Shown here: piece after piece, positions 53,706 to 64,000 of the stretch
Layout of the letters: every line of letters begins with the position of its first letter
How positions within the stretch are numbered: the first letter of the stretch is position 1
Origin: an uncultured Pseudomonadota bacterium
Lineage (GTDB): Bacteria; Pseudomonadota; Alphaproteobacteria; JACZXZ01
Reading direction: 5' to 3'
Length of the DNA stretch: 64,000 nucleotides
NCBI GenBank assembly: GCA_963749075.1
Contig: CAVVLJ010000020.1
Location: 224,001 to 288,000, forward strand
The notes under the pieces: model-generated
Database searches by the model: none
What the model was told of the DNA's origin: nothing
The model's input: the letters and a program-made list of their open reading frames with translations, nothing else
Program-made: the position numbers and the translations under genes

Positions 53706-54248
53706 TTACTTCGGCAGCGGCTCCGGGTGATCGGAGAGGCTGTTGAGGTAGGCGATGACGTCGGCGCGCTTTTGCGGGTCGGGCACGCCGGCAAAGGTCA
53801 TCTTGGTGCCGGGCGCCATCTTCTGCGGCCCCTCGAGCCACTCGTTGAGCTCGTCGAAGGTCCAGGTGCCCTGGATCTTCTTGAGGGCGTCGGAGAACTC
53901 GTAGCCGGGGACTGCCGCGATCTTCTCGCCGACGATGGCGTAGAGGTTGGGCCCGATCTTCGCCGGCTCGCCCTTGCCGAAGGTGTGGCAGGTCTTGCAC
54001 GGGGCGGCGGCGCTCTGGCCGTCGGCGACGCTCGCCTTGGCGAGGAGCGGCGCCAAGGGCGGCGGCCCGGCGGGCACGCTCGCCTGCTGGCTCGGCGCCG
54101 CGGTCGCCGGCGCGCCGGCGATCTCGAAGTGGCTCTTGCCCGCCTCGGGCTCGCGCACGAGAATGTCGCCGACATGGCCGATCACCGTGGTGACGAGGAG
54201 GGTCATCAGCACGGCGCCGACGATCTTGTTGGTCTCGAACGAATCCAT
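53706..54248 (-). CDS. Membrane-anchored cytochrome c (CycM-like)
   Basis: MDSFETNK, CKTCH, GPNL, PGTKMTFAG. Confidence 0.92.
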   Translation of the reverse strand: MDSFETNKIVGAVLMTLLVTTVIGHVGDILVREPEAGKSHFEIAGAPATAAPSQQASVPAGPPPLAPLLAKASVADGQSAAAPCKTCHTFGKGEPAKIGPNLYAIVGEKIAAVPGYEFSDALKKIQGTWTFDELNEWLEGPQKMAPGTKMTFAGVPDPQKRADVIAYLNSLSDHPEPLPK

Positions 54249-54465
54249 GCCTTCCCCCGGCCGAGATTAGGGCGCTTGGAAAAGCCTCGCCGCAGCGCCA
54301 CAGCAGCGCCGCACCGGGGGTCGATAAATGCTTTCCGCTCCGAGGGCAACCGTTATATGGTCCGCCTGCAGCACGGCAGGCCCGGTGGGCCTGGCTGAAT
54401 GCCGCGGCGCGGCAAAATGTCGCAATCTCAGGCGGGCCGCTGCCCGCGCTCGACCACGCCTCTCC

Positions 54466-55221
54466 ATGACCCGGCCGGTTAACCCCATCGTCCTCATCCC
54501 CTCGCGCATGGCGTCGACGCGCTTTCCGGGGAAGCCCTTGGCCGACATCGCGGGCGAGCCCATGATCGTCCATGTATGGCGCCGCGCCGTCGCGGCGGCG
54601 ATCGGGCCCGTGGTGGTGGCGGCGGCCGAGCAGGAGATCGCGGATGCGGTCGTCCGTGCCGGCGGCGAGGCCATGCTCACCCGGCCCGACCACGCCAGCG
54701 GCTCGGACCGCATCTTCGAGGCGCTCGAGCGTCTCGACCCTCGCGGCAGGCACGACGCGGTGGTCAACGTGCAGGGCGATCTGCCGACCATCGAGCCGGA
54801 GGCCATCCGCGCCGTCCTGGCGCCGCTCGCGGACCCCCAAGTGGACATCGCCACGATCGCCACGGTGATCGCGCGCGAGGATGAGCGCCATGACCCCAAC
54901 GTCACGAAGGCGGTCGCCGGCTTCGCTCCCGGCGTGCGCGTGGCGCGCGCGCTTTACTTCAGCCGCGCCACCGTGCCGTGGGGTGCCGGCGAGCACTACT
55001 TCCATCGCGGGCTCTACGCCTATCGGCGCGCGGCGCTCGAGCGTTTCGTGCGCCTCCCGCGGGGCGTCCTCGAGGCGCGCGAGCGCCTCGAGCAGCTGCG
55101 CGCGCTCGAGGCGGGGATGCGCATCGAGGTGGCGCTCGTTGACACGGTGGCGCTCGATGTCAATACTCCCGCCGACCTCGCGCGGGCGCGGCAGATGCTG
55201 GCCGGCAAAGCGCGCGTTTGA
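54466..55221 (+). CDS. kdsB: 3-deoxy-manno-octulosonate cytidylyltransferase
   Basis: IPSRMASTRFPGKPL, SGSDR, NVQGD, LEQLRALE. Confidence 0.93.
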   Translation: MTRPVNPIVLIPSRMASTRFPGKPLADIAGEPMIVHVWRRAVAAAIGPVVVAAAEQEIADAVVRAGGEAMLTRPDHASGSDRIFEALERLDPRGRHDAVVNVQGDLPTIEPEAIRAVLAPLADPQVDIATIATVIAREDERHDPNVTKAVAGFAPGVRVARALYFSRATVPWGAGEHYFHRGLYAYRRAALERFVRLPRGVLEARERLEQLRALEAGMRIEVALVDTVALDVNTPADLARARQMLAGKARV

Positions 55222-55232
55222 GCGAGCCAGCC

Positions 55233-56111
55233 ATGCCGGATAAGCGCAATCCAGACGAGCTCATCGCCTTCCAGGGCGCCGCCGGCGCCAATTCGGACAT
55301 GGCGTGCCGCATCGTCTTCCCCGAGCTCGGCACGCTCCCTTGCGAGAGCTTCGAGGAGACCTTCGCCGCGGTGCGCGAGCGCCGCGCGCGCCTCGCCATG
55401 ATCCCGGTCGAGAACTCGGTCGCCGGCCGCGTCGCCGACATCCATCACCTGCTGCCGCAATCGGGCCTCCACATCATCGCCGAGCACTTCCAGCGGGTGA
55501 ACCACTATCTGCTTGCGCCCAAGGGGACGCGGCTCGAGGAGGTGAAGGCGGTGCACAGCCACGTGCACGCCCTCAACCAGTGCCGCAATACGCTGGCGCA
55601 GCTCAAGCTCAAGCCGGTGGTGCACATCGATACGGCGGCGGCGGCGGCGGACGTGGCCAAATGGAACGACAGGAGCCAGGCGGCGATCGCCTCGCCGCTC
55701 GCCGGCGAGCTCTACGGGCTCGAGGTCCTGCGCAGCAACATCGAGGACGCCGAGCACAACACCACGCGCTTCCTCGTCATGGCGCGCGAGGCGGTCGACC
55801 CCAACCCGGCGCGCGGTCCCGTGGTGACGACCTTCGTCTTCAACGTGCGCAACGTGCCGGCAGCGCTCTACAAGGCGCTCGGCGGCTTCGCCACCAACGG
55901 CATCAACATGACGAAGCTCGAGAGCTACATGGTCGGCGGCCGCTTCGCCGCCACCCTGTTCTATTCCGACGTGGAGGGTCACCCGAGCGAGCGCCGCCTC
56001 AAGCTCGCCCTCGAGGAGCTGGAGTTCTTCAGCACGAGCCTCATGATCCTCGGCGTCTACCCGGCGCACCCCTACCGCTACCAGGCGGAACTGAAGGCGG
56101 ACGACAGGTGA
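55233..56111 (+). CDS. pheA: Prephenate dehydratase
   Basis: PVENSVAG, NTTRF, NMTKLES ACT domain. Confidence 0.93.
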   Translation: MPDKRNPDELIAFQGAAGANSDMACRIVFPELGTLPCESFEETFAAVRERRARLAMIPVENSVAGRVADIHHLLPQSGLHIIAEHFQRVNHYLLAPKGTRLEEVKAVHSHVHALNQCRNTLAQLKLKPVVHIDTAAAAADVAKWNDRSQAAIASPLAGELYGLEVLRSNIEDAEHNTTRFLVMAREAVDPNPARGPVVTTFVFNVRNVPAALYKALGGFATNGINMTKLESYMVGGRFAATLFYSDVEGHPSERRLKLALEELEFFSTSLMILGVYPAHPYRYQAELKADDR

Positions 56112-56160
56112 CTGAAGCCAGATGACGGATGACAGGATCGGGCGGGCGGCCGCAGGCCGC

Positions 56161-56781
56161 TCACTCCTCCGTCTTCTGTCCTCTGTCCTCCGTCTTCTGT
56201 TTTCCCAGTTCGTCGAGCTGGTGCTGCAGCGCGTCGATCTTCTGCTTGAGCTCGGCAAGGTGGTCGGCCTCGGCGGCCGCTGCGGACTTGTCGCCCTTCT
56301 CGGCCGTATCGCCGGCAAAGGGGTTGAGCATCTTCATGGCGCGCTCCATCATCGCCACATTCTGCTTGCTCACCTCCTCGAGCGAGCCGAAGGGAAAGAA
56401 GCCGTCGAAGGCGCCCTTCATATATTGGCGGAATTTCTCCTGATTCTGGGCGAAGGCCTTCATGCTGCCCTCGAGGTAGCGCGGCAGCATGTTGCCGAGG
56501 TTGTCGCCGTAGAAGCCGATGAGCTGGCGCAGGAAGCTGATCGGCAGCAGGTTCTGCCCCTTGCCCTCCTCCTCGACGATGATCTGGGTGAGCACCGAGC
56601 GCGTGATGTCGTCGCCGCTCTTGGCGTCGTAGACCACGAACTCCTGGTTCTCCTTGACCATGTGGCAGAGGTCGTCGAGCGTCACATAGGAGCTCGTCGC
56701 CGTGTTGTAGAGCCGCCGGTTGGCGTATTTCTTGATCGTGATCGGCGCGCTCGGCTCGTCGGATTTCGCTTCCATTGCCAT
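56161..56781 (-). CDS. phaR: PHA synthesis repressor PhaR
   Basis: IKKYANRRLYNTATSSYVTL, DITRSVLTQII. Confidence 0.95.
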   Translation of the reverse strand: MAMEAKSDEPSAPITIKKYANRRLYNTATSSYVTLDDLCHMVKENQEFVVYDAKSGDDITRSVLTQIIVEEEGKGQNLLPISFLRQLIGFYGDNLGNMLPRYLEGSMKAFAQNQEKFRQYMKGAFDGFFPFGSLEEVSKQNVAMMERAMKMLNPFAGDTAEKGDKSAAAAEADHLAELKQKIDALQHQLDELGKQKTEDRGQKTEE

Positions 56782-56927
56782 GCCTTTAGCCTCTGAGAGG
56801 ATAAGACAGCCTGCGACAGTATAATTCCATTCACGCTGCGCTGCGTAAGATTCTTCTCCCTATCTTGGCCCGCCCCGAATTCTGCGGCTCCTGGCCACGC
56901 CCACTCCCAGCCGCTATACTCGCCGCC

Positions 56928-57371
56928 ATGCCCGAGCCGCCGGATATGGAGACGCTCGTCCACCGCTACCTCGACCTCTGGCAGGAGCAATGGGCGGCGA
57001 TGGCGTCCGATGCGGAGCTGGCGGACGCGCTCGCGCGCTGGTTCGGCACGCTCAACCAGGCCGGCGCCCAATGGCTCTCCGGCATGGCAGAGGCGGCGGC
57101 CAAGGCCGCGGACCCTGAGAAAGCCAAAGACGCCGATGCCCCATCCCGCAACCCCAGCGTCACCGCCAGGAGTGCCGCCCCTGAGGCAGGGGCCGCGGCC
57201 GCTCGCCCTCCATCTCGCGACGGCTCTCTCGACGTGGACGAGCTCGCGCGCCGCATTGCCGCACTTGATCGCCGGCTCGCTGCCCTGGAATCCGGCGTTG
57301 GTGCAGGAGGCGGCAGCGCTCCGCGAAAGCCTCGCCGACGCCGACCAGACGGCGCTGGACCAGGCGCTTGA
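56928..57371 (+). CDS. Hypothetical protein
   Basis: RYLDLWQEQW motif; coiled C-terminus; overlaps next ORF. Confidence 0.6.
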   Translation: MPEPPDMETLVHRYLDLWQEQWAAMASDAELADALARWFGTLNQAGAQWLSGMAEAAAKAADPEKAKDADAPSRNPSVTARSAAPEAGAAAARPPSRDGSLDVDELARRIAALDRRLAALESGVGAGGGSAPRKPRRRRPDGAGPGA

Positions 57372-58500
57372 CCGCGAGATCCGGCGCCGCATAGAGCGCT
57401 ATCTCTCCGGCATCGAGCGCTACCGCCACCATCCCTACCGGCGTAGCCTGGCGAGCCCGCCCGCGGTGTGGAGCGAGAATGCTGCCGCCTTGCGCGACTA
57501 CGGTGCTGTGGCGCCGGCGGCGGCCGGCGGCCCGGTCGTGCTCTTCGTGCCCTCCCTCGTCAACCGCGGCTATATCCTCGACCTGACGGAGGACCACAGC
57601 TTCCTCCGCTGGCTCGCCGGGCAGGGCTTCCGCCCGCTTCTCGTGGATTGGGGCCGGCCGGGTGCTGCCGAGCGCGGCTTCGACCTCGGCGATTACATCT
57701 CGGGGCCGCTCGAGCGCTGCCTCGATGCCGCGGTCGCCCTCGCGGGCGGCCCGGTGGTGCTCGCCGGCTATTGCATGGGGGGCAATCTGGCCCTGGCACT
57801 CGCCTGCCGGCGGGCCAAGGACGTGGCGGCATTGGCCCTCCTCGCCACGCCATGGGACTTCCACGCCGACCGGCCGGAGCTCGCCCGTGCCCTGGCCGCC
57901 GGCTCGGCGCCGCTCCTCGCTTTCGCCGACCGGCTGGGCGAGCTCCCGACCGACATGCTCCAGGCCCTCTTCTACCTGCTCGACCCTTATCTTGCGCCGC
58001 GCAAGTTCGTACGCTTTGCCGCCTCCGAGCCCGGCTCGGCACAGGAGCGCGCCTTCGTCGCCCTCGAGGACTGGCTCAACGACGGCGTGCCGCTTGCGGC
58101 ACGGGTGGCGCGCGAGTGCCTCGAGGGCTGGTACGGCGAGAACACGCCCGGCCGCGGCGCCTGGCGCGTCGCAGGCGAGCTCGTCGATCCGCGCGAGATC
58201 GGCGGGCCGACGCTGATCGTCATGCCGTCCCAGGACCGCATCGTGCCGCCGCCCTCGGCCGAGGCCCTCCTCCGCCTCATCCCCAAGGCGGAGCGCCTGA
58301 CGGCGCACGCCGGGCACATCGGCATGATGGCGGGCGGCTCGGCGGAGAGTGCGGTATGGCGGCCGCTTGCCGCGTGGCTCTCCCGCACCGCGGCAAAGCC
58401 GCCCCGGCGGCCGGGGCGCCGGAGCCATTCCTTGCCTTCGCAGGTGCAACAGACATATAACTCCCACGGCCAGGGGAGAAGCTCGGAAGAACCCACCTGA
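57136..58500 (+). CDS. PHA synthase-like alpha/beta hydrolase (PhaC-related)
   Basis: [29 protein letters not shown]; start uncertain. Confidence 0.8.
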   Translation: MPHPATPASPPGVPPLRQGPRPLALHLATALSTWTSSRAALPHLIAGSLPWNPALVQEAAALRESLADADQTALDQALDREIRRRIERYLSGIERYRHHPYRRSLASPPAVWSENAAALRDYGAVAPAAAGGPVVLFVPSLVNRGYILDLTEDHSFLRWLAGQGFRPLLVDWGRPGAAERGFDLGDYISGPLERCLDAAVALAGGPVVLAGYCMGGNLALALACRRAKDVAALALLATPWDFHADRPELARALAAGSAPLLAFADRLGELPTDMLQALFYLLDPYLAPRKFVRFAASEPGSAQERAFVALEDWLNDGVPLAARVARECLEGWYGENTPGRGAWRVAGELVDPREIGGPTLIVMPSQDRIVPPPSAEALLRLIPKAERLTAHAGHIGMMAGGSAESAVWRPLAAWLSRTAAKPPRRPGRRSHSLPSQVQQTYNSHGQGRSSEEPT

Positions 58501-58513
58501 GGAGGATATCCCA

Positions 58514-59689
58514 ATGACCGAAGTCGTGATCGCCGCCGCCGCCCGCACCCCGGTCGGCGCCTTCAACGGTGCGCTTTCGAGCGTTCCGGCCTCCTACCTC
58601 GGCACCGTCGCCATCAAAGAGGCGCTCAAGCGCGCCAAAGTGGAGACCGGCGAGGTGGACGAGGTCATCATGGGGCAGATCCTGTCGGCGGGAGCCGGCC
58701 AGAACCCGGCGCGCCAGGCGGCCGTCGCCGCGGGCATCCCGGTCGAGAAGACCGCCTACGGCGTCAATCAGCTCTGCGGCTCGGGCCTGCGCACGGTGGC
58801 GCTCGGCTTCCAGGCGATCCGCGTCGGCGACAGCGGGATCGTCGTGGCGGGCGGCCAGGAGAGCATGAGCCAGGCGCCGCACTGCGCCTATCTCAGGAGC
58901 GGCACCAAGATGGGCAGCCTCGAGCTCATCGACACCATGATCAAGGACGGGCTGTGGGACGCCTTCAACGGCTACCACATGGGCAACACGGCCGAGAACG
59001 TCGCGCAGAAGTGGCAGATCACCCGCGAGGAGCAGGACAAGTTCGCCCTCGCCTCCCAGGCCAAGGCCGAGGCGGCGCAGAAGTCCGGCCGCTTCAAGGA
59101 CGAGATCGTCCCCGTCACCATCAAGGGGCGCAAGGGCGACGTGGTGGTGGAGGCGGACGAGTACCCCAAGCACGGCACCACGCTCGAGATGCTGCAGAAG
59201 CTGCGTCCGGCCTTCGACAAGGCCGGCACCGTCACCGCCGGCAATGCGAGCGGCATCAACGACGGTGCCGCGGCCCTCGTGCTGATGAGCGACAAGGAGG
59301 CAGCCTCGCGCGGCATCAAGCCGCTCGCCCGTATCGTCTCCTGGGCCACGGCCGGCGTCGATCCCGCGATCATGGGCACGGGCCCCATCCCGGCGAGCCG
59401 TCTCGCGCTCAAGCGCGCCGGCTGGTCCAAGGAGGACCTCGAGCTCGTCGAGGCGAACGAGGCCTTCGCGGCCCAGGCCTGCGCCGTCAACAAGGACCTC
59501 GCCTGGGACACCAGCAAGGTCAACGTCAACGGCGGCGCCATCGCCCTCGGCCACCCGATCGGCGCCTCGGGCGCGCGCGTGCTCATCACGCTGCTCTTCG
59601 AGATGGAGAAGCGCAACGTCAAGCGCGGCCTGGCGACGCTCTGCATCGGCGGCGGCATGGGCATCGCCATGTGCGTCGAGCGCGGCTGA
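58514..59689 (+). CDS. phaA: Acetyl-CoA acetyltransferase
   Basis: [28 protein letters not shown]. Confidence 0.95.
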   Translation: MTEVVIAAAARTPVGAFNGALSSVPASYLGTVAIKEALKRAKVETGEVDEVIMGQILSAGAGQNPARQAAVAAGIPVEKTAYGVNQLCGSGLRTVALGFQAIRVGDSGIVVAGGQESMSQAPHCAYLRSGTKMGSLELIDTMIKDGLWDAFNGYHMGNTAENVAQKWQITREEQDKFALASQAKAEAAQKSGRFKDEIVPVTIKGRKGDVVVEADEYPKHGTTLEMLQKLRPAFDKAGTVTAGNASGINDGAAALVLMSDKEAASRGIKPLARIVSWATAGVDPAIMGTGPIPASRLALKRAGWSKEDLELVEANEAFAAQACAVNKDLAWDTSKVNVNGGAIALGHPIGASGARVLITLLFEMEKRNVKRGLATLCIGGGMGIAMCVERG

Positions 59690-59715
59690 GCCGGAGCGGG
59701 CAATAGCGGCATCCG

Positions 59716-59754
59716 AGCCGGGCCGTGCCGAAGGGTGCGGCCCGGCTTTCGTTT
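59716..59754 (+). terminator. Intrinsic terminator-like hairpin after phaA
   Basis: AGCCGGGCCGTGCC-GAAG-GGTGCGGCCCGGCT then TTCGTTT. Confidence 0.65.
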
Positions 59755-59889
59755 GCGGCCGGGAAACCATCGTCCGATTGATCCAGCGCAATGCGCAGGC
59801 GGCCGGGCCGCGCCAGGGTGGCGCTGTTCGCTGCCGCGGTTTTGTGATTTGATAGGCGTAAAGCTAGAAACGTGCGGGAGGAGACAGCG

Positions 59890-60615
59890 ATGGCACGCGT
59901 TGCGCTGGTCACGGGCGGCACCAGAGGGATCGGTGCGGCCATCAGCCGGGGGCTCAAGGCGGCGGGCTACACGGTTGCCGCAACCTATGCGGGCAACGAG
60001 GAGGCGGCGCAGAAGCTCCACGCCGAGACCGGCATTCACGTCGTCAAGTGGGACGTGGCGGATTTCGCCGCCTGCACGGCGGGCGTCGGCGCGGTCGAGG
60101 CGGCACTCGGCCCGGTCGACATCCTCGTCAACAACGCCGGCATCACGCGCGACACCACGCTCCATCGCATGACGCCCGAGCAGTGGCACCAGGTGATCGA
60201 GACCAACCTCAGCTCGCTCTTCAACATGACGCGCAGCGTCATCGAGGGCATGCGCGCGCGCGGCTTCGGCCGCATCGTCAACATAAGCTCCATCAACGGC
60301 CAGAAGGGGCAGTTCGGCCAGGCCAACTACTCGGCCGCCAAGGCGGGCATGATCGGCTTCACCAAGGCGGTGGCGCAGGAGAACGCCAGCAAGGGCATCA
60401 CGGTCAACGCCATCGCCCCCGGCTATATCGGCACAGAGATGGTGCGCGCGGTGCCCGAGGACGTGCTCAAGACCAAGATCCTGCCGCAGATTCCCGTGGG
60501 CCGCCTGGGCGAGCCCGAGGAGGTCGCGCGCGCCGTCGTCTTCCTCGCCTCCGACGAAGCCGGCTTCATCACCGGCTCGACCCTCACCGTGAACGGCGGG
60601 CAATACATGGCGTGA
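59890..60615 (+). CDS. phaB: Acetoacetyl-CoA reductase
   Basis: TGGTRGIG, NNAGITRD, GQKGQFGQANYSAAK. Confidence 0.95.
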   Translation: MARVALVTGGTRGIGAAISRGLKAAGYTVAATYAGNEEAAQKLHAETGIHVVKWDVADFAACTAGVGAVEAALGPVDILVNNAGITRDTTLHRMTPEQWHQVIETNLSSLFNMTRSVIEGMRARGFGRIVNISSINGQKGQFGQANYSAAKAGMIGFTKAVAQENASKGITVNAIAPGYIGTEMVRAVPEDVLKTKILPQIPVGRLGEPEEVARAVVFLASDEAGFITGSTLTVNGGQYMA

Positions 60616-60663
60616 GGTGAGGGCGCTGGGGGCGGGTAGCTTCAGCGATCGCGCTCTCGATTC

Positions 60664-60712
60664 ACCCCCCTCCCTGCCCTCCCCCCTTGAGGGGGAGGGC
60701 AGGGAGGGGGGT
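60664..60712. repeat. Single REP hairpin (same C/G-rich family)
   Basis: Perfect 22-bp stem ACCCCCCTCCCTGCCCTCCCCC / GGGGGAGGGCAGGGAGGGGGGT. Confidence 0.85.
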
Positions 60713-60767
60713 TAAGGCCCGACCTTGCGCGGGCGCCCGCGCCTGCCATCCGTGCTACATTCCCGCC

Positions 60768-62147
60768 ATGCTCGACCGTCTCCAACGCCTCGTCGGCGCG
60801 GCACCCGGCTATGCGGAGCTCCGCCTCCACCGCAATAGGGCGCGCCGCCTCGTCATGCGCCGCGGCGCCCTCATCGAGAACAGCAGCCACGTGCTCGCGG
60901 GCTGCTCGGCGCGCGCTTACGCGCTCGGCGTCTTCGGCTTTGCCGCCGTTCCGGCAGAGGACGACGCGGCATTGAACCGCGTGCTCGGCGAGGCGCGCGC
61001 CAATGCCGACCTCATCGGGCGGCGCTCGGGGCGCTCGGACGAGCCCCTGCCGCAGACCGCACCCGGGGACGGCGTCCACGACTACCGCACGGGGAGGGCG
61101 AAGGTCGCGGCCGGCGTGCGCATCGAGCTCCTCCTCCGCCTCGACGCTTACGTCCGCCGGCGCTATCCCGACGTGATCAATGCCGATCTGGCGCTCGGCG
61201 AGCTCGCCATCGAGAAGGCGCTCGCCACCTCGGAGGGGGCGCTAAGCTACTGCTTCTGCCCGCGCGCGGTGCTCTGGGTTCCGCTCACGCTTGCGGCCGC
61301 CGACGGCCCGGTGCAGCTCTTCGACGTGCTCGGCGGCTTCGGCGAGCTCGAGGATCAGCTCGACGGGCTCGCCTCAGCGGAGGCCGCGGTCGACCGGCTC
61401 TACGAGGATCTCCGACGCAAGGCCGAGGGCGTCTTTCCCGTGGCCGGCGCGCATGACGTGGTGCTCGATTCGGAGCTCGCCGGTATCCTCGCCCACGAGG
61501 CCATCGGCCACACCTGCGAGGGCGACCTGGTGCTCACGGGCTCGGTCGCGGGCGGCTGGCTCGGGCGGCAGGTCGCCTCCGAGAAGGTGACGCTCGTCGA
61601 CCAGGGAGCGCGCGGCTTCGACGGCCAGGGCGGCGTCGCCGTCCACGTCGACGACGAGGGCACGCCCTGCCGAGACGTCGCCATCATCGAGAAGGGCGTG
61701 CTCAAGGGCTTCCTCCACAACAAGGCGACGGCGCTCGAGCTCGGCGCCGAGCCGACCGGGAACGCGCGCGCCTACACCTTCAACGACGAGCCGCTCGTGC
61801 GCATGCGCAACACCGCGATCATGCCGGGCAACGACCGCCTCGAGGACATGATCGCCGCCGTGGACGACGGCTATTACCTCAAGCGCTCGACCAACGGCCA
61901 GGCCGACCTCACCAGCGAGTTCATGTTCGGCATCGCCTGCGGCTACGAAATCAAGGGCGGCAAGCTCGGCCGCGCGCTGCGCGACACCACCATCTCGGGC
62001 GTCGCCTTCGACGTGCTGCAAGCGGTGACCCACGTGGGGGAGCGCTTCACCTGGTCGGTCGGCGGCTGGTGCGGCAAGAAGACGCTCATCCCGGTCGGCA
62101 TGGGCGGGCCGGCGATCAAGACGCGCCTCAACCTCGGCGGGCGATGA
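60768..62147 (+). CDS. tldD: TldD-family metalloprotease
   Basis: HEAIGH..EGD, DDEGTP, RMRNT, CGK. Confidence 0.88.
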   Translation: MLDRLQRLVGAAPGYAELRLHRNRARRLVMRRGALIENSSHVLAGCSARAYALGVFGFAAVPAEDDAALNRVLGEARANADLIGRRSGRSDEPLPQTAPGDGVHDYRTGRAKVAAGVRIELLLRLDAYVRRRYPDVINADLALGELAIEKALATSEGALSYCFCPRAVLWVPLTLAAADGPVQLFDVLGGFGELEDQLDGLASAEAAVDRLYEDLRRKAEGVFPVAGAHDVVLDSELAGILAHEAIGHTCEGDLVLTGSVAGGWLGRQVASEKVTLVDQGARGFDGQGGVAVHVDDEGTPCRDVAIIEKGVLKGFLHNKATALELGAEPTGNARAYTFNDEPLVRMRNTAIMPGNDRLEDMIAAVDDGYYLKRSTNGQADLTSEFMFGIACGYEIKGGKLGRALRDTTISGVAFDVLQAVTHVGERFTWSVGGWCGKKTLIPVGMGGPAIKTRLNLGGR

Positions 62148-63463
62148 CGGCGCAAGATCCTTCGGCGCAAGCCGAGCTCGCCTTCGTCGGGCGCATCGTC
62201 GCCGACGCGATGGCAGCGGGCGCCGGCGACGCGCAGGCGCGGCTCAGCGTGAACGAGCGCACCGAGGTCGACTTCGACACCCGCCGGCTCTCGCTCCTGC
62301 GCACCACCCACGAGGACGAGACGCTGCTCACCATCTTCAAGGCGGCGCGCAAGGGGAGTGCCACGCTCACCGGCCGCGGCGAGGCGGCGGCGGCGCACGC
62401 GATAGCCGAAGCGCTCGCCGCGGCGGAGGCGGCGCCCGCCGACGAGGCGAACGGCTTGGCACCGTCCGAGCCCGGGCCGGCGACGCTCTACGGCCCCGCC
62501 GAGGCCGACCGCGAGCATCTCATCGACCGCTGCCTCGAGCACATCGAGACGATGGCGCGGGAATTCCCCGCCATCGTGGCACGCGAGGCCTATCACCAGT
62601 TCAACCGCACGCGGCGCAGCTTCGCAAACTCCGCCGGCCTCGCGCGCCAGGAGACGCGCGGCCGCTACAGCTTCGCGACGCTCTTCGCCGCGCGCCGCGA
62701 CGGCCGCACCACCTCGTTCAACTTCCATGGCGTGAGCTCGTACAACCCGTTCGGCCGCCTCATCGAGGTGGGCGCCTTGCGCCAGCTCTACGGCGACCTT
62801 GAGCGCTCCTTCGAGGCGCGCCCGTTAGCGGGCAAGTTCACCGGCGACGTGATCATCACGCCCGACGCGCTCGAGGAGATGGTGATCGTCCCCCTCGTCC
62901 GCGTGCTCGGCGGCTACAGCCTCATCGCGGGCACCAGCCCCTACAAGGAGAAGCGAGGCCGGGCCATCGCCGGCCCGCTCTTCAGCCTCCTGAACCGGCC
63001 GCGCGCGGCGAGCTTCCCCGAGGGGATCGATTTCGATGCCTTCGGCATCCCGACGCGCGACCTCGACGTGGTCAAGGACGGCGTGCTCGAGGACTTCCTC
63101 GTCGACTTCTACGCGTCGCGCAAGCTCGGCATCCCGGTGAGCGCGGTCTATTCGGCCTTCGTGGTGCCGCCGGGCGAGAAACCGCTTGCCGAGATCATCG
63201 CCGGGACCGCGCGCGGCATCATCCTCACGCGCTACTCGGGCGGCGTGCCGAGCGACAATCTCGACTTCAGCGGCATCGCCAAGAACGCCTTCTACATCGA
63301 GGACGGCAAGGTGCGCCACGCCCTCGCCGAGACCATGATCTCGGGCAACCTGCGCGACCTCCTCCTCGCGGTTCACGCCGTCTCGCGCGAGACCGTGAAT
63401 TTCGGCACGTCGGAGCTCGCGAGCGTGGCGGCGGGCGGCGTCACCATCCACGGGCGAGGCTAG
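62144..63463 (+). CDS. PmbA/TldE-family protein
   Basis: FDAFG, DFSGIAKNAFYIEDG, ETMISGN; coupled to tldD. Confidence 0.85.
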   Translation: MTAQDPSAQAELAFVGRIVADAMAAGAGDAQARLSVNERTEVDFDTRRLSLLRTTHEDETLLTIFKAARKGSATLTGRGEAAAAHAIAEALAAAEAAPADEANGLAPSEPGPATLYGPAEADREHLIDRCLEHIETMAREFPAIVAREAYHQFNRTRRSFANSAGLARQETRGRYSFATLFAARRDGRTTSFNFHGVSSYNPFGRLIEVGALRQLYGDLERSFEARPLAGKFTGDVIITPDALEEMVIVPLVRVLGGYSLIAGTSPYKEKRGRAIAGPLFSLLNRPRAASFPEGIDFDAFGIPTRDLDVVKDGVLEDFLVDFYASRKLGIPVSAVYSAFVVPPGEKPLAEIIAGTARGIILTRYSGGVPSDNLDFSGIAKNAFYIEDGKVRHALAETMISGNLRDLLLAVHAVSRETVNFGTSELASVAAGGVTIHGRG

Positions 63464-63479
63464 TCTCGGGAGTCAGGCG

Positions 63480-64000
63480 ATGGCCATGAATAGCGAGTCC
63501 GGACAAGCCGGCAGTGCCGCCAATCCCATGGGGACGGACGGCTTCGAGTTCATCGAGTACGCCGCTCCCGATGCGCGCGAGCTCGCCGCCCTCTTCGAGC
63601 GGCTCGGCTTTGCGGCCGCGGCGCGCCACCGCTCCAAGGACGTGACGCTCTACCGCCAAGGCGACGTCAACTTCATCATCAACGCCGAGCCCGACAGCTT
63701 CGCCAGGAGCTTCGCGCGCCTCCATGGGCCGAGCATCTGCGCCATCGCCTTCCGCGTGCGCGACGCGGCCAAGGCGTATGGCCGCGCCCTCGAGCTCGGC
63801 GCCTGGGGCGTCGCGGGCAAGATCGGGCCGATGGAGCTCAATATCCCGGCTATCAAGGGCATCGGCGACAGCCTCATCTATCTGGTCGACCGCTACGGCG
63901 CCAAGGGCACCATCTACGACATCGATTTCGCCTGGCTCGACGGCGTCGAGCGCGATCCCAAGGGCGTCGGCTTCACCGGCGTCGACCATCTCACCCACAA
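63480..64000 (+). CDS. hppD: 4-hydroxyphenylpyruvate dioxygenase, 5' part (runs off window)
   Basis: NPMGTDGFEFIEY, HRSKDVTLYRQG, HGPSICAIAFRV, IKGIGDSLIYLVDRY, VDHLTHN. Confidence 0.92.
   Translation, partial: MAMNSESGQAGSAANPMGTDGFEFIEYAAPDARELAALFERLGFAAAARHRSKDVTLYRQGDVNFIINAEPDSFARSFARLHGPSICAIAFRVRDAAKAYGRALELGAWGVAGKIGPMELNIPAIKGIGDSLIYLVDRYGAKGTIYDIDFAWLDGVERDPKGVGFTGVDHLTH

Noticed and set aside
56120-56200. Short heptamer repeats (TCTGTCC) at the pheA/phaR convergence
   Set aside because: Only a few degenerate copies; probably a terminator-region microsatellite
60768-63463. RiPP biosynthetic cluster around tldD/pmbA
   Set aside because: No precursor peptide or modifying enzymes nearby
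63441-63998. Minus-strand 185-aa ORF
   Set aside because: Antisense to the partial hppD on the plus strand

Overview
High-GC (~70%) alphaproteobacterial chromosome segment, Rhodospirillales-like by gene content (phaR-phaA-phaB, yejABEF, kdsB-pheA, cycM, tldD/pmbA, hppD). Most of it is ordinary transport and metabolic genes with several REP-type palindromes. Two accessory regions stand out. (1) 15494-21296 is a complete IS1-family element with imperfect terminal inverted repeats and a perfect 8-bp target duplication (CGCGCGTC). It carries passenger genes, including a three-gene RelE-like / HTH / DUF6941-like operon. A group II intron (19389-21294) has inserted 2 nt from the tip of its right inverted repeat, and the intron's EBS1 loop matches that repeat. 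(2) 42745-46242 is an integrase-less islet (AbiEi/AbiEii plus a DUF4238-like fragment) bracketed by a 412-bp duplication of the yejF 3' end. Also seen: a probable leaderless leader-peptide attenuator upstream of an ABC-2 exporter, a 9x14-bp tandem repeat, a yejE-yejF fusion, and several single-base frameshifts that are probably sequencing errors. Family assignments come from motif recognition only; no database searches were run.
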